NCBI GenBank assembly: GCA_016748015.1
Contig: JAAOMT010000620.1
Location: 36,940-100,939, forward strand
From: Geosiphon pyriformis uo1
Lineage: Eukaryota; Fungi; Glomeromycota
Length of the DNA stretch: 64,000 bases
Reading direction: 5' to 3'
The notes below the pieces were generated by a model. That model saw nothing but the letters and a program-made list of their open reading frames with translations. It ran no database searches and was not told the DNA's origin. Position numbers and translations under genes: made by a program. Every line of letters begins with the position of its first letter. The stretch's first letter is position 1. Shown piece by piece: positions 13,066-27,510 of this stretch.

Positions 13066-15445
13066 ATGTCTTCAAATTCATTTACTAAAAATGCAACTTC
13101 AACTTTTGACTGGCTTAAAGAAACATTGATTGTTATTAAAGAAAATTTGGCCATTTTTTCAGCTATTGAATATTCAAAAGTTGCTGAATTAGTGAAAAAA
13201 TATCTTGTATGCAATCAGAAAACACCTGAAAATTTGTTTGATTGCTTAAATAAGAAAAATCTAAAGCATTTAATAGACAATATTTTATTTGGCTTTTTTT
13301 TAGAACATGAGATTGAAACTATTTCTAATTTAACAAAAACATTTTTAAAATATCAGAAAGCAGCAAATACAAAAAATTTTCTTGAACAATTTTTTTTAAA
13401 ACATTGTTATAATACTGAAACTAGTAGTTCTTAAGATTAAGAAAAAGCATATAAATTCTATTTAAAAGCTACAGAAGTGAAAAATTTAAATACATAATAC
13501 AATCTTGCATTTTTTTATACTAATGGAGAAAAAATGACAAGAAATTCAGAAAAAGCATTTGAACTTTATTTAAAAGCAGCAGAGGTGGGACATTTAAATG
13601 CACAATACAATCTTGCACTTTATTATAATAATAGAGAAAAACAACAAAAAATTCAGAAAAAGCATTTGAACTTTATTCAAAAGCAGCAAAAGTAGGACAT
13701 TTACTTGGACAAATTACTCTTAAAACATATTATCAAAATTGATTAGAAACAATAGAAAATTCAGAAAAAGTAATAAATTCAAATTTACAAACCAGTATTG
13801 GAATATATTATCAAAAGAAATGGGAAATAGTAAAAAATTTAGAAGAAACATTTCAATTCTATTTAAAAACAACAAAAGTAGAAAATTAAAATACACAATA
13901 TAACCTTGAATAGTGTTATCAAAATAGATAAAAAACTACAAAAAACTTCCAAAAAGCATTTAAACTCTATTTAAAAGCAGCAAAAGCAAATAGCTTATGT
14001 TATCAAAGTGATTTTCTTGATTTGAATGTTTATGATCTTTTTTTAAAGAACCAAGACAATCTGAAATATATTATTTTATGATTTCAAAATTGAGACTTTA
14101 AATACTGCAATAATTTGAAAGAAGAATTTTTAAATTTTGAAGTTTTCTTTGACTAGTTTTCAAATAAATTCAAGTGTTTTAAATGTGACAACTTGGATAT
14201 AATTATTAATAAATCTTCTATATGTCCATTTTGTAATATTAATAAAAAGAATAATATTTTTAAAGTCGAATTGCCAAAATGTTGGTGTAAATTTTGTGAA
14301 AATTCACAATTTTACAAAATTTGAAGAACATAGAATAGTGAAAATGATAATATTAATTATTATATCACATATATACAATGCTTTTCTGAAAATTGCAGAG
14401 GTCATCTAAAATAGATTTCTCCTAATGAGATCAAGTTATTAGATAAGATAAAAGAGGAAAAATTTGGTATTATTAAAAAAAGTAGTTGAAAGAAAGGCAA
14501 AATTCTATTTTGGAAAAAAAAAATTAAATGTATGAACAAACTGAAGTTACAAAAATTGCTTTAAAGTATTTTAAAAATAGCCAGAATATAAAATATATTA
14601 ATGCAGATATGGTATTTTATTTTAAGAATCTATGTTATTTTTATTATTTTTTTCTAAATATAAAACTATATTTGTGTAGTTTATTGCACATCATTAAAGT
14701 GCTACTTGCAAATATATTTTTGAATGTTATGAAATCACAAAAAACATTACAACCAATGAATATGTTATGGTTTTACTATTTGTAAAACATAAAGATCTTG
14801 GAGTTTTTCTCAAGTTAAATAAAAATATTTTTATTTGAAACATATTTTTTTGTATTCTTTTTTAAATTGCTGGTAGTCTATAATTTATTTATAAATTAAA
14901 ACTAGTGCATGAGAATTTGCATCCTGGAAATATCTTTGTTTTAAAAACAAACTTCTTAAAAGTTGTTATTTTTGATCTTGAACTCTGTTGTTCTACAGAT
15001 TACATTCCACAGTCTAGAAAAATTTATGGTGTTCTTAAGTATTTTGCATCTGAAATTTGCAAGGAGAGTTATCATATTAAGTATAGTAATATATACAGCT
15101 TTGCTATTATTTCATGTAAAATTATATTGAGAGAAAAATCTTTGAATAATACACATCCTATTCATGTATGCTTTGACATAATTGATGAAAAACATTCTAT
15201 AATCAAACAATATACACTTCAATGTATTTGGGAAATAATTGAAAAAAATTGGGAATATGATCTGTATTGTTGTGATAATGCAGAACAGTTTCAACAAAGT
15301 GTTATTGCTGCTTATAATTATTGTAACTTAAATCAACTTATATGTGAAAAAATACTTCAATTTAAAGAGACACAAGATGTTATTTAAGATAATACAAAAT
15401 ATAGAAGCTTGTTAATTTCAAAACCTAAATTTTCTACAAATAGTA
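13066..15445 (+). pseudogene. Sel1-like repeat plus tyrosine-kinase-like (TKL) kinase gene; disrupted
   Basis: ORF 13066-13434 is followed by Sel1 repeats (KAFELYLKAAEVGHLNAQYNLALYY; KAFELYSKAAKVGH). Kinase N-lobe KIKEEKFGIIKK, a likely intron at ~14612-14679, then HENLHPGNI, IFDLELC, IYGVLKYFASE and NIYSFAII. Many stops, and catalytic residues are decayed. Confidence 0.8.
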
Positions 15446-17454
15446 AGTGTTTTATTTATTATATTTATTATTTAAAAACTTGAGTCTAAACATCTTTTTT
15501 TAAAGTTGGATTTGGATTTGGAAATTGATTAAATTAGCAATGATAAATTAATACGTTTGTGTTTTTATTAAACCAATAAAATCAGTAAGTATTTTAATAA
15601 TGAAACAAATAAAAATTTTGAAGGAGAATTGGTTCTTTATTTATATTTAGCTTTATATATAGTATAGACTATCGTATATAGTTTTATTTTTAAAAAAAGT
15701 TTTACTTTTATTTTCAAATGTGAGGATTATTAATTATAAAGCATTTTTTTTAAAATATTTTATGTATAAACATGTTTAATAGAAAATTTAATATTTCGGA
15801 TAAACTAATAGATTTTGTTTCTGTAAATTTCAATCTATAAATTTTATTTTTCAAAATATTTGTAAACTTATAACATTATGCTTTTACTCATAAAGTTGGG
15901 AATATTTTTATTATTGATTAAATAAATAAGAATGAATGTGAACTTTATCATATTTTTATGGTTAAATCTTTTACTTTTTAGCTTTTTATTATTTACTTAA
16001 CTATAGTTAGTCATATGTATTAGCCACTAATGTTCTTAATTAGCCACCTTATTTTTAGAAATAGTCATTAACTTAATTATTGACTTGATTATTGACCAAA
16101 TTATTGATGTGATTATTGATATAAGCAAGACTTTACAAAGTTATAGAAAAGACATTTATACTCGAATCTACACTTTCAGATTAATACAACAATATCAATT
16201 CTTTATTTCTTTTTTACTATTTTTTTTCCTTTTTTTTTTCTTGATTTGTATAATTATTAGTTTCTGTGAAGTATATTGAATAAAACATTTACTAAAAAGT
16301 ACAATTAATATCTAATATTGAATTCCAAAAGTGCTGATATAAAACATAGAATTATATCAGTGTGTTATCTTTTGTTAACAGTACAAACTATTCAAATTTT
16401 TTTGTTACTTTTGGAAAGAATAGCAACTGAGATATTTATAAGACTAATCTCATATATTGAATTCTTACTAATTTAATTCACTTATTAAAGTTGAATTACA
16501 CTTTTATTAATTTCATTTCCATACAATATTGTTCTTCCTTACTATCTGTTAGTGTATTAAATCTAATCATAACAATATGATGATTAAGGATTGGTCTAGT
16601 CTAACTAACAAACCAAATTATTTTGAAATAAGACATAAAATAATTAATATTTTATTCTGATATCATTTTAAAATCTTAAGATTTAATAAATTTCTTAAAA
16701 ACAACACAAATTACATAATATTTATAATATAATTGAATTAATTGATTGATTAATGGCCACTTTCATATTAAAGTATTGTCATGTTAAATATTAAAATGTT
16801 AAAATTAAATAGAAAAAAAAAATGAATATGTTTTTGTTATATTTTTATAATTTATTAAATTTTATTAATTTTATTTAAATAGATACTAAGTAGGATATTT
16901 TATTTTTTAAAATTAATTTTTTTCTTTGTAACAGTCAGATTCAATCGGAATTAAAACACAAAGATAATTGATTCATAAATATTTTTTTAATCCATATTAT
17001 TTTTTTAGTGACCAAATTACTTTAACTGTTATAATTCTTGTCTTTTCATTAAAATATCTTATTTGTTATTTAAAATATCTTATTTGTTACTGAAAACTAT
17101 TTGCTTCTTATTCAAAATATTTGTGGCTTTATATTTTAAAACATCTTTCTGTAGATTCAATGAGCACTCAACCAAATTTGATTAGATAAATTTTGGAATT
17201 AATTAAGTTAAAGTATTTTTTTACATAGAGTTAATTGTCTTTAATCATAAACAAAAAAATTATTTTGTTGTGAATTTCAGAAAAAATAACTTAAAATTTC
17301 TAAATTTAATCTTGGTTATATTTTAATTTAATTTGGAAAGATCTAAAAATTTGAATAATATTAAATTTTAAATGCAGTAACAAATAATATTGAAGCTATT
17401 TAAATAAGAAAGTCTCATTTAATATTTACACTAAAAATGTTTTGATAGTTTAGA

Positions 17455-17760
17455 GCACTTCATTAGATTAAAGGTGGGAAAAAACAAAAGACTTTAGGGA
17501 TTAACCAAAATCTGGCTGAAATCAAATCATGACTCTGAAACAAGATGCCAAAATTGTATAGTTAACAAAAAAAAAATTCATCTAACTGCCACTAATATAC
17601 AATGGGAAATGAAAAAATAGTGTAAACACAATTCAATGATGTTTACTTAAAGGTATAATACTACACTTTCCAAACTTTTTACTCATTGACAAACATAAAA
17701 AAACGTTTGGAGTGGGCTAAAAAATCATAGAAATTTTGACTAAAATTGAGTTGATTAGTA
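17455..17760 (+). mobile_element. Tc1/mariner transposase N-terminal (HTH) relic
   Basis: Fragmentary translation H*IKRWEKTKDF..KSG*NQIMTLKQDAKIV..ATNIQ..VNTIQ*CL..LLIDKHKKRLEWAK resembles Tc1 HTH motifs (SGRP..T; S..TI.R.L; PLL...H...RL.WAK). Confidence 0.6.
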
Positions 17761-19249
17761 TTAGAGTATATTTTATGCTTTCAAATAAAATTTATTTATT
17801 TATTTATCATGTACTAAGGTATAAAGTGTCATTTACTTTTGTGGCAAACTGTAAATGTTATTTCCCAAAAAATAAACTTTTTTAATTTTAACTAATGTTA
17901 AAACTCCTTTTTAAGAAAAATTGTATACTTTTTAGAGTAATATTATATAATTATTCTTTTAAGATCTTTGATTGAAAGGAAACTTAAAAATACATTTTCC
18001 AAAAAATTATAGCTAATAAATTTAGAAATAGCTTTAAATGGCATTTTATTCGAAACACATATATATTAAAAACTTATACATAATTTGAAAAATATTAAAT
18101 TAATAAATTTCATTATCTGTAAGAAGTGAGCTAATCTTTGAAATTAATAAGCATGAATAGCAAAAATATCAAAATATTAATACATTTCATGAAAACAAAA
18201 ATTTAATGCAAAAACAATTTAACACAAACAATTAAAATAAATGAATATATGCATATGTTATACCATTGCCATTGCCTTGAATTTTTCAAAATTAAAAAGT
18301 CACAAGAAATAATAATTTGGGCTTTAAAAAATTTATTCTGAGGTTTATGTAAAAACTAATTTTGTTAAAGAAAAAAAATGGCTTAATATGTTTAATAACC
18401 TTGAATATATTAGAATTGTTCTAAATATCTATGAAATTTTAATCCAAGAATATAATAATCGAAAAACAATATAATTTTGAAGAAAAAAGAATAAAAAATA
18501 TTGATATTAAATTATTCATTTATATTTCATACAACAGAGTAAAAGAATTTAGAAAATACAAAAATAATTTTTTATTACTATAGCTTAAAAATTTAAATGT
18601 ATGAACATAGCATATATAAAATTGCAAACTTCTAAATATATGGATGATATAGTTATTAAAAAGCATTATATTATTAAAATTTATTTCTAAATTTAGTAAA
18701 AAAAAAAAAAAAGTTTTTATGATTATTTGTGATATTTTTTACACATAAGTATAAATTATGAAAATTTTTTTAAATTAAGATAAACACATTGAAAATTCTT
18801 TTTTAATGTGTAAAAATAAGAACTTATTGACTTTAGGCTTTATATGTTTTCTAATAATTAAAAAAAGAAAGGAAATAATTGATTGGAGGATGTAAAATAG
18901 TTTTTGGATAATAACACCACCAAAGAAATGTGTGGTGTTGACAATAATATATCTGGTTTATTAGTAATTAATTGAATTGTCATTAAATTTTTTGGAGAAT
19001 CTAAAATGATTCTTGATAAGTTGTGAATTTGTAGAGATAAAAAACATTGTGGATGTTGATAGTTTTCAATATCTATGATAATAATTTAGACTGCTTTTTA
19101 TGTTAGCTGATAATTTTTATTTGATAATACAACTGTTGAATAATAGAGATTTTATTAATTTTTTAAACATGAGTCATTCGAAACAATTTTGTTTGATACT
19201 TATTACTGTTTTTGAATTCATTGCACTTTTTTAAAGCAAATGCCAAGGT

Positions 19250-20530
19250 TTTTATTTAGGTAACTTTTTCGCAATTGATAAGAGTTGAAAGCCATAGAAA
19301 TGACATTGGAGGTTCAAACTATTTAATCATAATTTTTCAATGAATTCTAAAATAATAGTTCATTAACTTTTGAAAAATTAACATAATAAAAAGCACATAT
19401 TTGAGTTATCAAGCACAAAGTTTTATTTCCAAATCATTAAAAATGTTTATAAACATGAGATATCAGAGCATTTTCACTGGATTAATTTCGTATGTATGCT
19501 TTTTTTCCACAGAGCATGACACAAATGATTTCAAGAGAATTTTTAGAATTTACTAGCTGATTACTAAAATTGAAAATTCTATAAATATTATACTAATGAT
19601 GAAATTTGGAGTTGAAATAATCATTATTAAATAATTGAATATAACAATTTACAATCAAGAAAATATTTTGTCTTTTATGACTAAAAAATAGTTATAAATG
19701 ATAAAGAATTCTGAAACAGTTCAAGAATTTTGATTAATCATAACAATGATATGAAAATTACAAAAGATTGATCAAAAGCTTGTTTCACAATGAATAAATT
19801 AACTTGCGACTGTTGGCAAATTATGTTTAGAATAAATTAAAAGTAAAATATGTGTGTAAAATTTGAAAGATTGAAAACCAAATTAAAATATAAGCTTTAT
19901 TTTATTAATTTTAACTATTGAAAATCAAAAAAGATAAGACCTTAATACTTTTTGTTTGAGATATTTTTTTTTAAAAAGTTTCAACAGAATTTAAAAGCAA
20001 AGTTCATGAAAAAACTAAAGTTTTTGTATATTGGAAACCAAAAGAGATTATGGTGAAGACCTATAATTTACATTTTCAGAATTTCTGAATATTTTAAATT
20101 AAGCAAGTATTTAAAACTTTTTGACTCACTATTCTCATTGTTCTTCCAATAAATTTTTGTAATCTAAATACTGCTTATAAACAATTTTATATTGGGTATT
20201 TATTTACTTTAAAATACTAAGATGGTTATTTAAATGCCTAATATCAAACAATTTTTAGTTTAATGTATATTTATATATTAAAGACAAGTTTAATTTTTGT
20301 TGTTAAAATAAACTTTTAGGTTTCATTCAATTGAAAATATGAAGCAATTGAATTTTGAATTTGGACTTTGTCAAAAGTTGAAAATATTTGACAACAATAT
20401 GAGAATATGTTTTGTAGTCTAATACAGATATACTAGAAATACAATAATTTTTGAATTAAAAGAATTCCAAAATTTTATGATAAAACTCAAAGTATTCAAA
20501 AAATAGAAGCTGTTAGATTTACTTTTAATT
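19250..20530 (+). pseudogene. Degraded coding remnant of unknown family
   Basis: A long quasi-open frame (YQSIFTGLISYVCFFSTEHDTNDFKRIFRIY*LITKIENS...LATVGKLCLE) whose stops could derive from single C>T/G>A changes. No recognisable motif. Confidence 0.3.
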
Positions 20531-23220
20531 GAACTTTATTCTTTATTAAGAATGTGATAATTACAATAAAAGCATTATGAAATTTTTTTCTACAATAAAA
20601 ATTTAACAATTAAAAAACTTAAATTGAATTAATTGGTTTTCTTTTGAGATAATTTCTCAAATTGATAAAAAATAAACATTATCTATTTATGTCAGATATT
20701 TGATTTTCTTTAATTTTGTTTATGTTATCTATAATTTCATTAGATATAAAATATTAATTTTTAAAGAATTTGAATTAACACTTTAAATACATTCTTGATC
20801 TCATTAAAAAAAAAAAAAATTTTTTTGGTGTTCAAATTAAACAAAGTTTTCAAATGAATTCAAATGACAATTAAAATATAAATCTTTATATATGTTTGAT
20901 TGTTTATTAACTAAAAATAGAAAACAAAGAACATAAAATAAATTGTAATAAGTGATACAATATTTTAAACAACAATTTTGTTTGTACTTTACCTAGAACA
21001 ATTAATGTTAAAACAAATTTTCCCAAAAGAATTAAGAATAAGAAACGTTTTTTGGTATATTTTGCATGATTGCATCTCATTATTATGAGACAGAAATTTT
21101 GATTGGGGCTATAATTAATCTAATTCTATTGAATTCTGTAGGAACTGGACAAAGTGTAATTTATTAATTTTCAAAAATGACATAATGGAACAATCTATTT
21201 TTTAGAGCTCTTGGGCCACTATTATTTGTAAATAAACTTAAATCTTATTTTTACTAACTTTAAAAATTCAAAGCAACTCATTTAAATTTATAACATAATG
21301 AAATAAAACATTGATTAAGTTGCTATTGTAATATGCACAAGCAATTAAAAAATATAATAATAAATTGAATTTAAGTTCACACATTCAAGAAAACCATAAA
21401 AATGTTTTTATATAAATGAAAATAACTTCATAAATTTGATTTGATTTTTGATAAACAAATATGAAAACCCAAATATAAATAAAATATTTTCTTTTTCAAT
21501 ATCTTAATGAGAGTAATTGTCTTAATAAAAATTTTTTATTTTGGAATTTCTGATTTTTCATTCTTGAAATCATTTAAATCATATAAATTAAAATTAAATA
21601 AAAAAATATTAAAAAAAACAATACATAGTATTTGATTAAAATTATATCATAATAACCAGTAATAATAATATAAACATCCAAATTAAAACACAATTATTAA
21701 TAATAATATTAAATTAAATTTTAATTAAATATTATTTAATAGATAAATAATCTTAGATTACAATAAAAACGATTTTACAAATATAAAAATTTATGTAAAA
21801 AAATTCAAAACAGTAATCAAAAATTAAAATAATAATGCATATTTTAAAAAACATCAATAATATAATTCAACAATTAATTTAAAGTTTATAACAATTAAAT
21901 TTAAAAATAATAATTAATAGTTTCAAAATAATAATATATATAAAAAAAGCAGTAAAAAGCCCAAAAGTAAAAAAACATAATATTAAATCTTATATTATTA
22001 CTTTTAAATATAGCAATAAGTATATTAACAAAATTACTAAAAAATTAGAAGTAATATTAGACAATACATTAATAATAAAAGAAGTAAAATTAATAAAATT
22101 AATATTAAAAATATTTGAAAACTTAAAAGCAAAATTTTCAATTAATTATTGTTATTATTAGCTTGAAAAACATTTGAGTATACAAATATTATACTCAAAA
22201 GACTTAATTAAAGTATTTAACAAAACAACAATATAACAATTAAAAAGTTTTTTTGAAAAAACCAATAGTATATTTTATTTAGAAACAGCTTATAGAATTT
22301 TTAAAGCAGTTGAAAACTGTTATAAAGTATTATTAAATACAATAATAAACATAATAAATGTTAATAATATTAGATAATTTACCAATTTATAATTTTAAAA
22401 ATTATAATAACAAATTAATAACATAGTATAAAACTATTATAGTAATATAAAATTTAATAATAAATTAACTTTGCTTTCAATAAAGCTCAATCTTAAAAAG
22501 AGAAAATAATATTATGATTCAAAAATCTAATAAAAAATTACAAAAATAATATATATTATTTTATTATAATATAGCATAATAATAATTTTAAAAAAATAAT
22601 AATTAACATAATAATAAGTACTAACTTATAATGATAGCAATAAAGTTTCAAATGAATTAAATTAACTCTTTTTAATTTGGTACTTAACTTATAAAAATTG
22701 AGTTTAAGTTATAAATATTTTGACTTGAAATAATATAAGTCAAAATCTAATAATTTAACTTAATTAGTCAAATTTTTTATATAAGTAGATTAAACAAATA
22801 ATTAGCATAATATATTTGTTTCTAAAAATAATATGTTTAATAATAATATTGAAGTAAATAATATAGTTATTATAACTAAAAAAAAAAGCAAACATGAGTT
22901 TGAAATTTTTATAAGTAACTTAGCAATAAAAAAGCTAAATATAGCTTTTATAAGTAAGTATTTTTAATTATAAAAATAACTTTTTATTAATTAATTGTTA
23001 CTTTGCTAAAAATTGTAAATAAACAATATTTATATAAAATATCAATAAATTTGATTTTTTATTTAAAAAAAATAATATTTAATATAAAATTTGATAATTA
23101 AAACATAAAATAATGTTTATATTATTTGTAATATTTAATGTTTACCGAATTATTTCTCAATTTTCAAAATATTAAAACACAATTTACATGAAATTTAATG
23201 ATATTTTTAATTATTTTAAT

Positions 23221-23248
23221 TAATAATAATAATAATAATAATAATAAT
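23221..23248. repeat. (TAA)n microsatellite
   Basis: Direct reading. Confidence 0.9.
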
Positions 23249-23251
23249 TAA

Positions 23252-23285
23252 TGGGTGGCTGGTTATGTGTAATAAGTGCATATTT
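23252..23285 (+). mobile_element. Isolated, degraded LINE 3'-UTR motif
   Basis: tgggtggctggttatgtgtaataagtgcat matches tgggtggctgatcacatgtgattaagcat at 39301. Confidence 0.45.
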
Positions 23286-23929
23286 ATTCCTATAATAATA
23301 CTTATGTATTATGTAGATAGGTAATAATTGGATTAAATTTTAATTATATTTTTTTCAAATATTAAAAAATTTAGGATAATTAAATAAAAGTTAAAGCACT
23401 TTACTTAAAGTATATTTGAAATGTATTATTTTTATTTGGAGAATAATACTTTTTCGTTATTGTTTGAATATAAATGTGGATTTTAAATATTATAAATTAT
23501 ATTATTAACAAAAATTTAAGTTCAAGTTGTTTTTTAAGTAAAACTTTAAATATAAAACTAAGAATAATATTAATAAGCTTAATAAATATTGTTATTGAAT
23601 TATGTTAAAAATACTATCTTATAATAAACGATGTTAAATCAAAAAATTCTAGTGTATTAACCTTTTTATTATTAGATCAATTTTATTAAAAAGAAACTTA
23701 AATAATCAAAATATCATGTCCACCGATCATTTTTTAGAGTCATCTAAATAAAACACCGGGAAAAAAGCGTTAACAAGAGCGCATAATCATATTAAACCTT
23801 TCTTTAGCTTCTTACCTTCAGGGATATAAATAGGTTCTTGTTAATTAGAATTCATAGGTGAAAATAAAACAAGTTAAAAATATAATCTAAACCAAAATTG
23901 AATTAAATAAATTAATCAATCAATGAACA

Positions 23930-24160
23930 AACCATTTGATCCTTCAATCATTTGCAAAGTTAAAAGGCGACTTGTATAAACTGCGTTTGTTTGAATTTTC
24001 ATTAAAGTCTTTTTTGTTTCATCGCTTTCTGCAGTTTCTTTTATGTTCTTTTCTGATGATTGTTTAAAATTAATTCTATCAAGTCCTTTAATAATATTTT
24101 TTGTTGTCGATTTTAAAATATCGATTAAAAGACTTTGAAAAATTGATTTGATGATTAAAT
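23930..24160 (-). pseudogene. C-terminal tail fragment of an AMF-type TKL kinase
   Basis: Minus translation ...IQTNAVYTSRLLTLQMIEGSN followed by a GT donor. A(I/V)YTSRLL is a typical tail motif of this family. Confidence 0.4.
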
Positions 24161-25924
24161 GCTATTTTAGTAACGAATCTTTAATTTTTTGTGTTTTTAA
24201 AAACTCCCGAATTAGTAAACTTGAGAGGTTCTAAAATTTAGAAGTTTAAAGAATTTCTTAACAACAAAAAAAATTATTTATAATCTAATTGAATTGCTTA
24301 GTTAATAAAATAAATGCAGCATAAAAGATTGATCTATACTTGGCTAACAAGCTATTTTTAATTGTTATTGTTGTGAGGGGAAGGTTTTGAAAAAAGATAT
24401 TCATTCTGCTATTAGATGCTGCGACCCAGCTAAATCAAAAAATTATTATTTTTTAGAAAAAATTATTTAAAAAATATATAGAACATGAAAAGTATGTATT
24501 ATAACCCTTGCATTAAAATAATTCAAGTATATTAATTTCTTCTTTATTGTAAGGCTCCAATGGGGTTCGATTTTTCGGGCCCATAGAAGAGTAAAGCAAC
24601 AGTTTTCAAACGGAAAATTTAATGTCGACAACCAATATATACCGAATGAGTTTTTCGCCATCAGCGATTAATTTACCTTTGTTTAAATTTTGAAATTATT
24701 GAATAAAAAAAATGGAAAAAGTGCAGTTTGAAACGTGAGGAATAGTCGAGAGAAATAGTCATAATAAACAGTATAATGTATTTAAACAATTCCAACTCAG
24801 GATACACAGGTATTCTTCTCTATAATTATTAATTACCAGAAAAAATACTACTTTGTTGTTTATTATCAGAATTTTTATGTTTTGAAATGACCCCAAGAAG
24901 CTTATAAATATAGGTACGGTACAATTTTTTCAAATTCAAAAATGGTACTAAAAATCAATCGAGTAATCTGGTATAATACTAGCTATCATTTGACCAAATA
25001 TTATACAGTATCCAATTTCAGTATGAATACATTCTTGAAGAAGACTCAGAGACATCAATACTTTTGGGAAGGTGTTTACTTGAGTAATGGCAATGGCAAT
25101 GACATTGATTTCAATTGGATCCAGTTATATTGTAATTTTAATTTGAGAATCATGGTTAATTGAATTTTCATTTACCTTATTATACAACGTGGTCAATACG
25201 ATGATGATGAATAGAAAGAGAATATGTTTGAAAATCTTTATTAAAAACATTTATTGCATAAACACAATAAATTATTTTTATTAATATTTATGCTTTCTCT
25301 AGATAGAAAGTTATTTAACGCTTAATTTGGAGTGATATAACTATTGAAAACAACAAAAAACTCAGTATATATTATAATGCCTATAAACGGTTCACCAAAT
25401 AATCTCGTATGTGTATAAGCATCATGATCGGCGAATTCACATTGCCCCCCCCCCCCTCGAATACAGATTTATAGGATCTTTTAATGCAACTCTACTAAAA
25501 TGCTAAATATTCATGTAAAATATTCAAAATAAGATATCCAATTATTTGCATTAATTATGGTAGGACAAATTGCATATTTGGCGATTTGAATGAAAGCGCG
25601 AACCAGTAGGAGCTGTTCAAATTAACCACAAATGCTATTTTTGGAAATTTCTACAAACCTGCCTGGGGGAGTCATGAAGATGTAAAAGGTAGGAAGAATT
25701 TTTGTTTGAAAAAAATTTGCGAAAAAGGATATGTATATGTATACATTATTTAGTGAAATAAATCTGTGACCAATACATATATCACTTTTACATGATGTAA
25801 ATAAAAAATTTAAGGGAATATGAGAAAAATAAAACAAGAGAAATGAAATTATCAGAATCAATAAAACAACTTTGAATGAAGAAAAAAACTCAAGCTAAGC
25901 TTATTCTAAACCATTTAAAAATTC

Positions 25925-26392
25925 TTATGGTAACAAACGAGCCACTGAACAGAATAATGGAGCATTGGTGGATTTTTCTACAATTCTAACACTAAGAGCG
26001 GTACCAATGATAGAGTGTGGCGCCTTTACATGGGTTGTTATTGTGAATTTTATTCCTGATCCAACCGGACAACTTTGTCCTCCTCGCAAATGACTGCAAA
26101 AACTTTTACTAACAGAACCTATATCATCATTTCGAGCATTAGAAAATCCAGCAAAAATCGTGGCTGAGTCGATAGTTTTAGCTGCTATTCCAGTAGCAGT
26201 AATTTTTATTATTTCTCCAGCGGCAAAAGCTGCAGGTTCGATTGTTACAGCGATAAAATCGGGCTGAGGAACAGCATTGCATGGTACAAATAAAGGAGTA
26301 AAAGATTTTGAGGTAGAAGAATTTTGTGGAATAGCATTGATCATTGAGATCGTAACTAATAAAACAACAACAAAATAAAAATTTCGTTTCAT
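25925..26392 (-). CDS. Secreted ML (MD-2-related lipid-recognition)-like protein, 155 aa
   Basis: Intact ORF with signal peptide MKRNFYFVVVLLVTISMINA-IP and four Cys in ML-like spacing (FVPC; FC..7..CPV..G..F; LFC). CpGs are retained. Confidence 0.8.
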   Translation of the reverse strand: MKRNFYFVVVLLVTISMINAIPQNSSTSKSFTPLFVPCNAVPQPDFIAVTIEPAAFAAGEIIKITATGIAAKTIDSATIFAGFSNARNDDIGSVSKSFCSHLRGGQSCPVGSGIKFTITTHVKAPHSIIGTALSVRIVEKSTNAPLFCSVARLLP

Positions 26393-26579
26393 GGTTTCTT
26401 TTATCCTTTGAAGTTAACGATAATTTGAAATTTATCAGAGTAAAACATGACCTCTTTTTATGAGAAAAAAAATGTGGCTGCAGTCCTCCAAAAAAAATTT
26501 AGGCCGGCGTTCATATTATAATTTCTTTTTGAATGAATTCACAGCCACATCTGATGATCCCGGAAAACTTGTTGCTGAA

Positions 26580-26705
26580 ACGTGTATATCAGCCTTGAGC
26601 TCAGCATCTCAACCTCAATCCCTTAAATTTATCAACTTCTTCTTGTTAAGTTCAGGAATTTTGGCATTCTCGGCTTCAAATAATTCAAGCCCCGATTTCA
26701 TGATT
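26580..26705 (-). pseudogene. Short coiled-coil N-terminal fragment of a common Glomeromycota family
   Basis: MKSGLELFEAENAKIPELNKK...DAELKA, interrupted by stops. Confidence 0.35.
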
Positions 26706-26759
26706 GAATAACACTAAATATTCGAAAAAGAAATCACAATTTGTAAAGCCCGAAAACTT

Positions 26760-27075
26760 TTTTCAAGAAATTTTTTTATCAATACAATGCTCCCACCTAG
26801 CTGTTTCGATACCTGTTACTTTTTGATAACCCAAAAATTACCCTTTTCACGTTACTTAAAGGTAATTCAGGATTTTCTTTGACTGCGGATTTCGTGAGAT
26901 TAATTTGGTACTCGCTACCACTTGTAGAGTTATACCATCTGGCGTTTACATGATAAAATACCACTTCGTACCTGTGGATACAATACCATAAATGTAGTCG
27001 AAATAATCGTTTCCAAATTCTTGATCTGCAGTTCATTTTTTCTTATTCGCTTGGTATGTACTTCCAAGTTGCGCC
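26760..27075 (-). pseudogene. C-terminal fragment of a common Glomeromycota Crinkler/REase-like family
   Basis: QLGSTYQANKKK*TADQEFGNDYFDYIYGIVSTGTKWYFIM*TPDGI, a frameshift, then STSGSEYQINLTKSAVKENPEL. DYIYGIV.TG..W.F is the family motif as I recall it. Confidence 0.6.
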
Positions 27076-27189
27076 AGATTCTAAGAAATAAAATCCGTTA
27101 ATAATTTTAGTTATTTTAAAAAAGCACGAACGTGAGTAGTAGATTTACCTGTGCATAATAGAGCTGTCGGAAAAAGGGTTTCGTCATTG

Positions 27190-27448
27190 GTAAAAGGGTT
27201 TTCCATAATTTATTATTCTGAGGATTAGAATGAGAATTTTTTGACAGAAATTTTCGCATATCTCCACATTCAGCAAACTCCATCACAACCCCATACTCGA
27301 GTGTTTCACTATTTTGAGTAATCACTATTATTAGAGGCATATGAAGAATTTCCCAACCTCAATAAACATAACTCTTTGTATATTTATATGTTAAAAGTGA
27401 AAAAATAGTTAATTAAATAATATATATAATAGCTAATAATAATAGCTA

Positions 27449-27510
<62 letters not shown>

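Noticed and set aside
16085-16279. Low-complexity F/I/L/K-rich short ORFs (also 25622-25861, 38753-39001, 40195-40407, 45375-45566, 62117-62350)
   Set aside because: Composition is as expected for chance ORFs in very AT-rich DNA, with no motifs.
21600-23150. A-rich, strand-biased tract suggestive of a decayed Gypsy gag region
   Set aside because: Too degraded; no diagnostic motif could be read with confidence.
24780-25220. Possible gene remnant around ORF 24942-25163
   Set aside because: Looks coding-derived, but no family or consistent frame could be assigned.
25445-25456. C12 homopolymer in AT-rich DNA
   Set aside because: Isolated simple repeat with no supporting structure.
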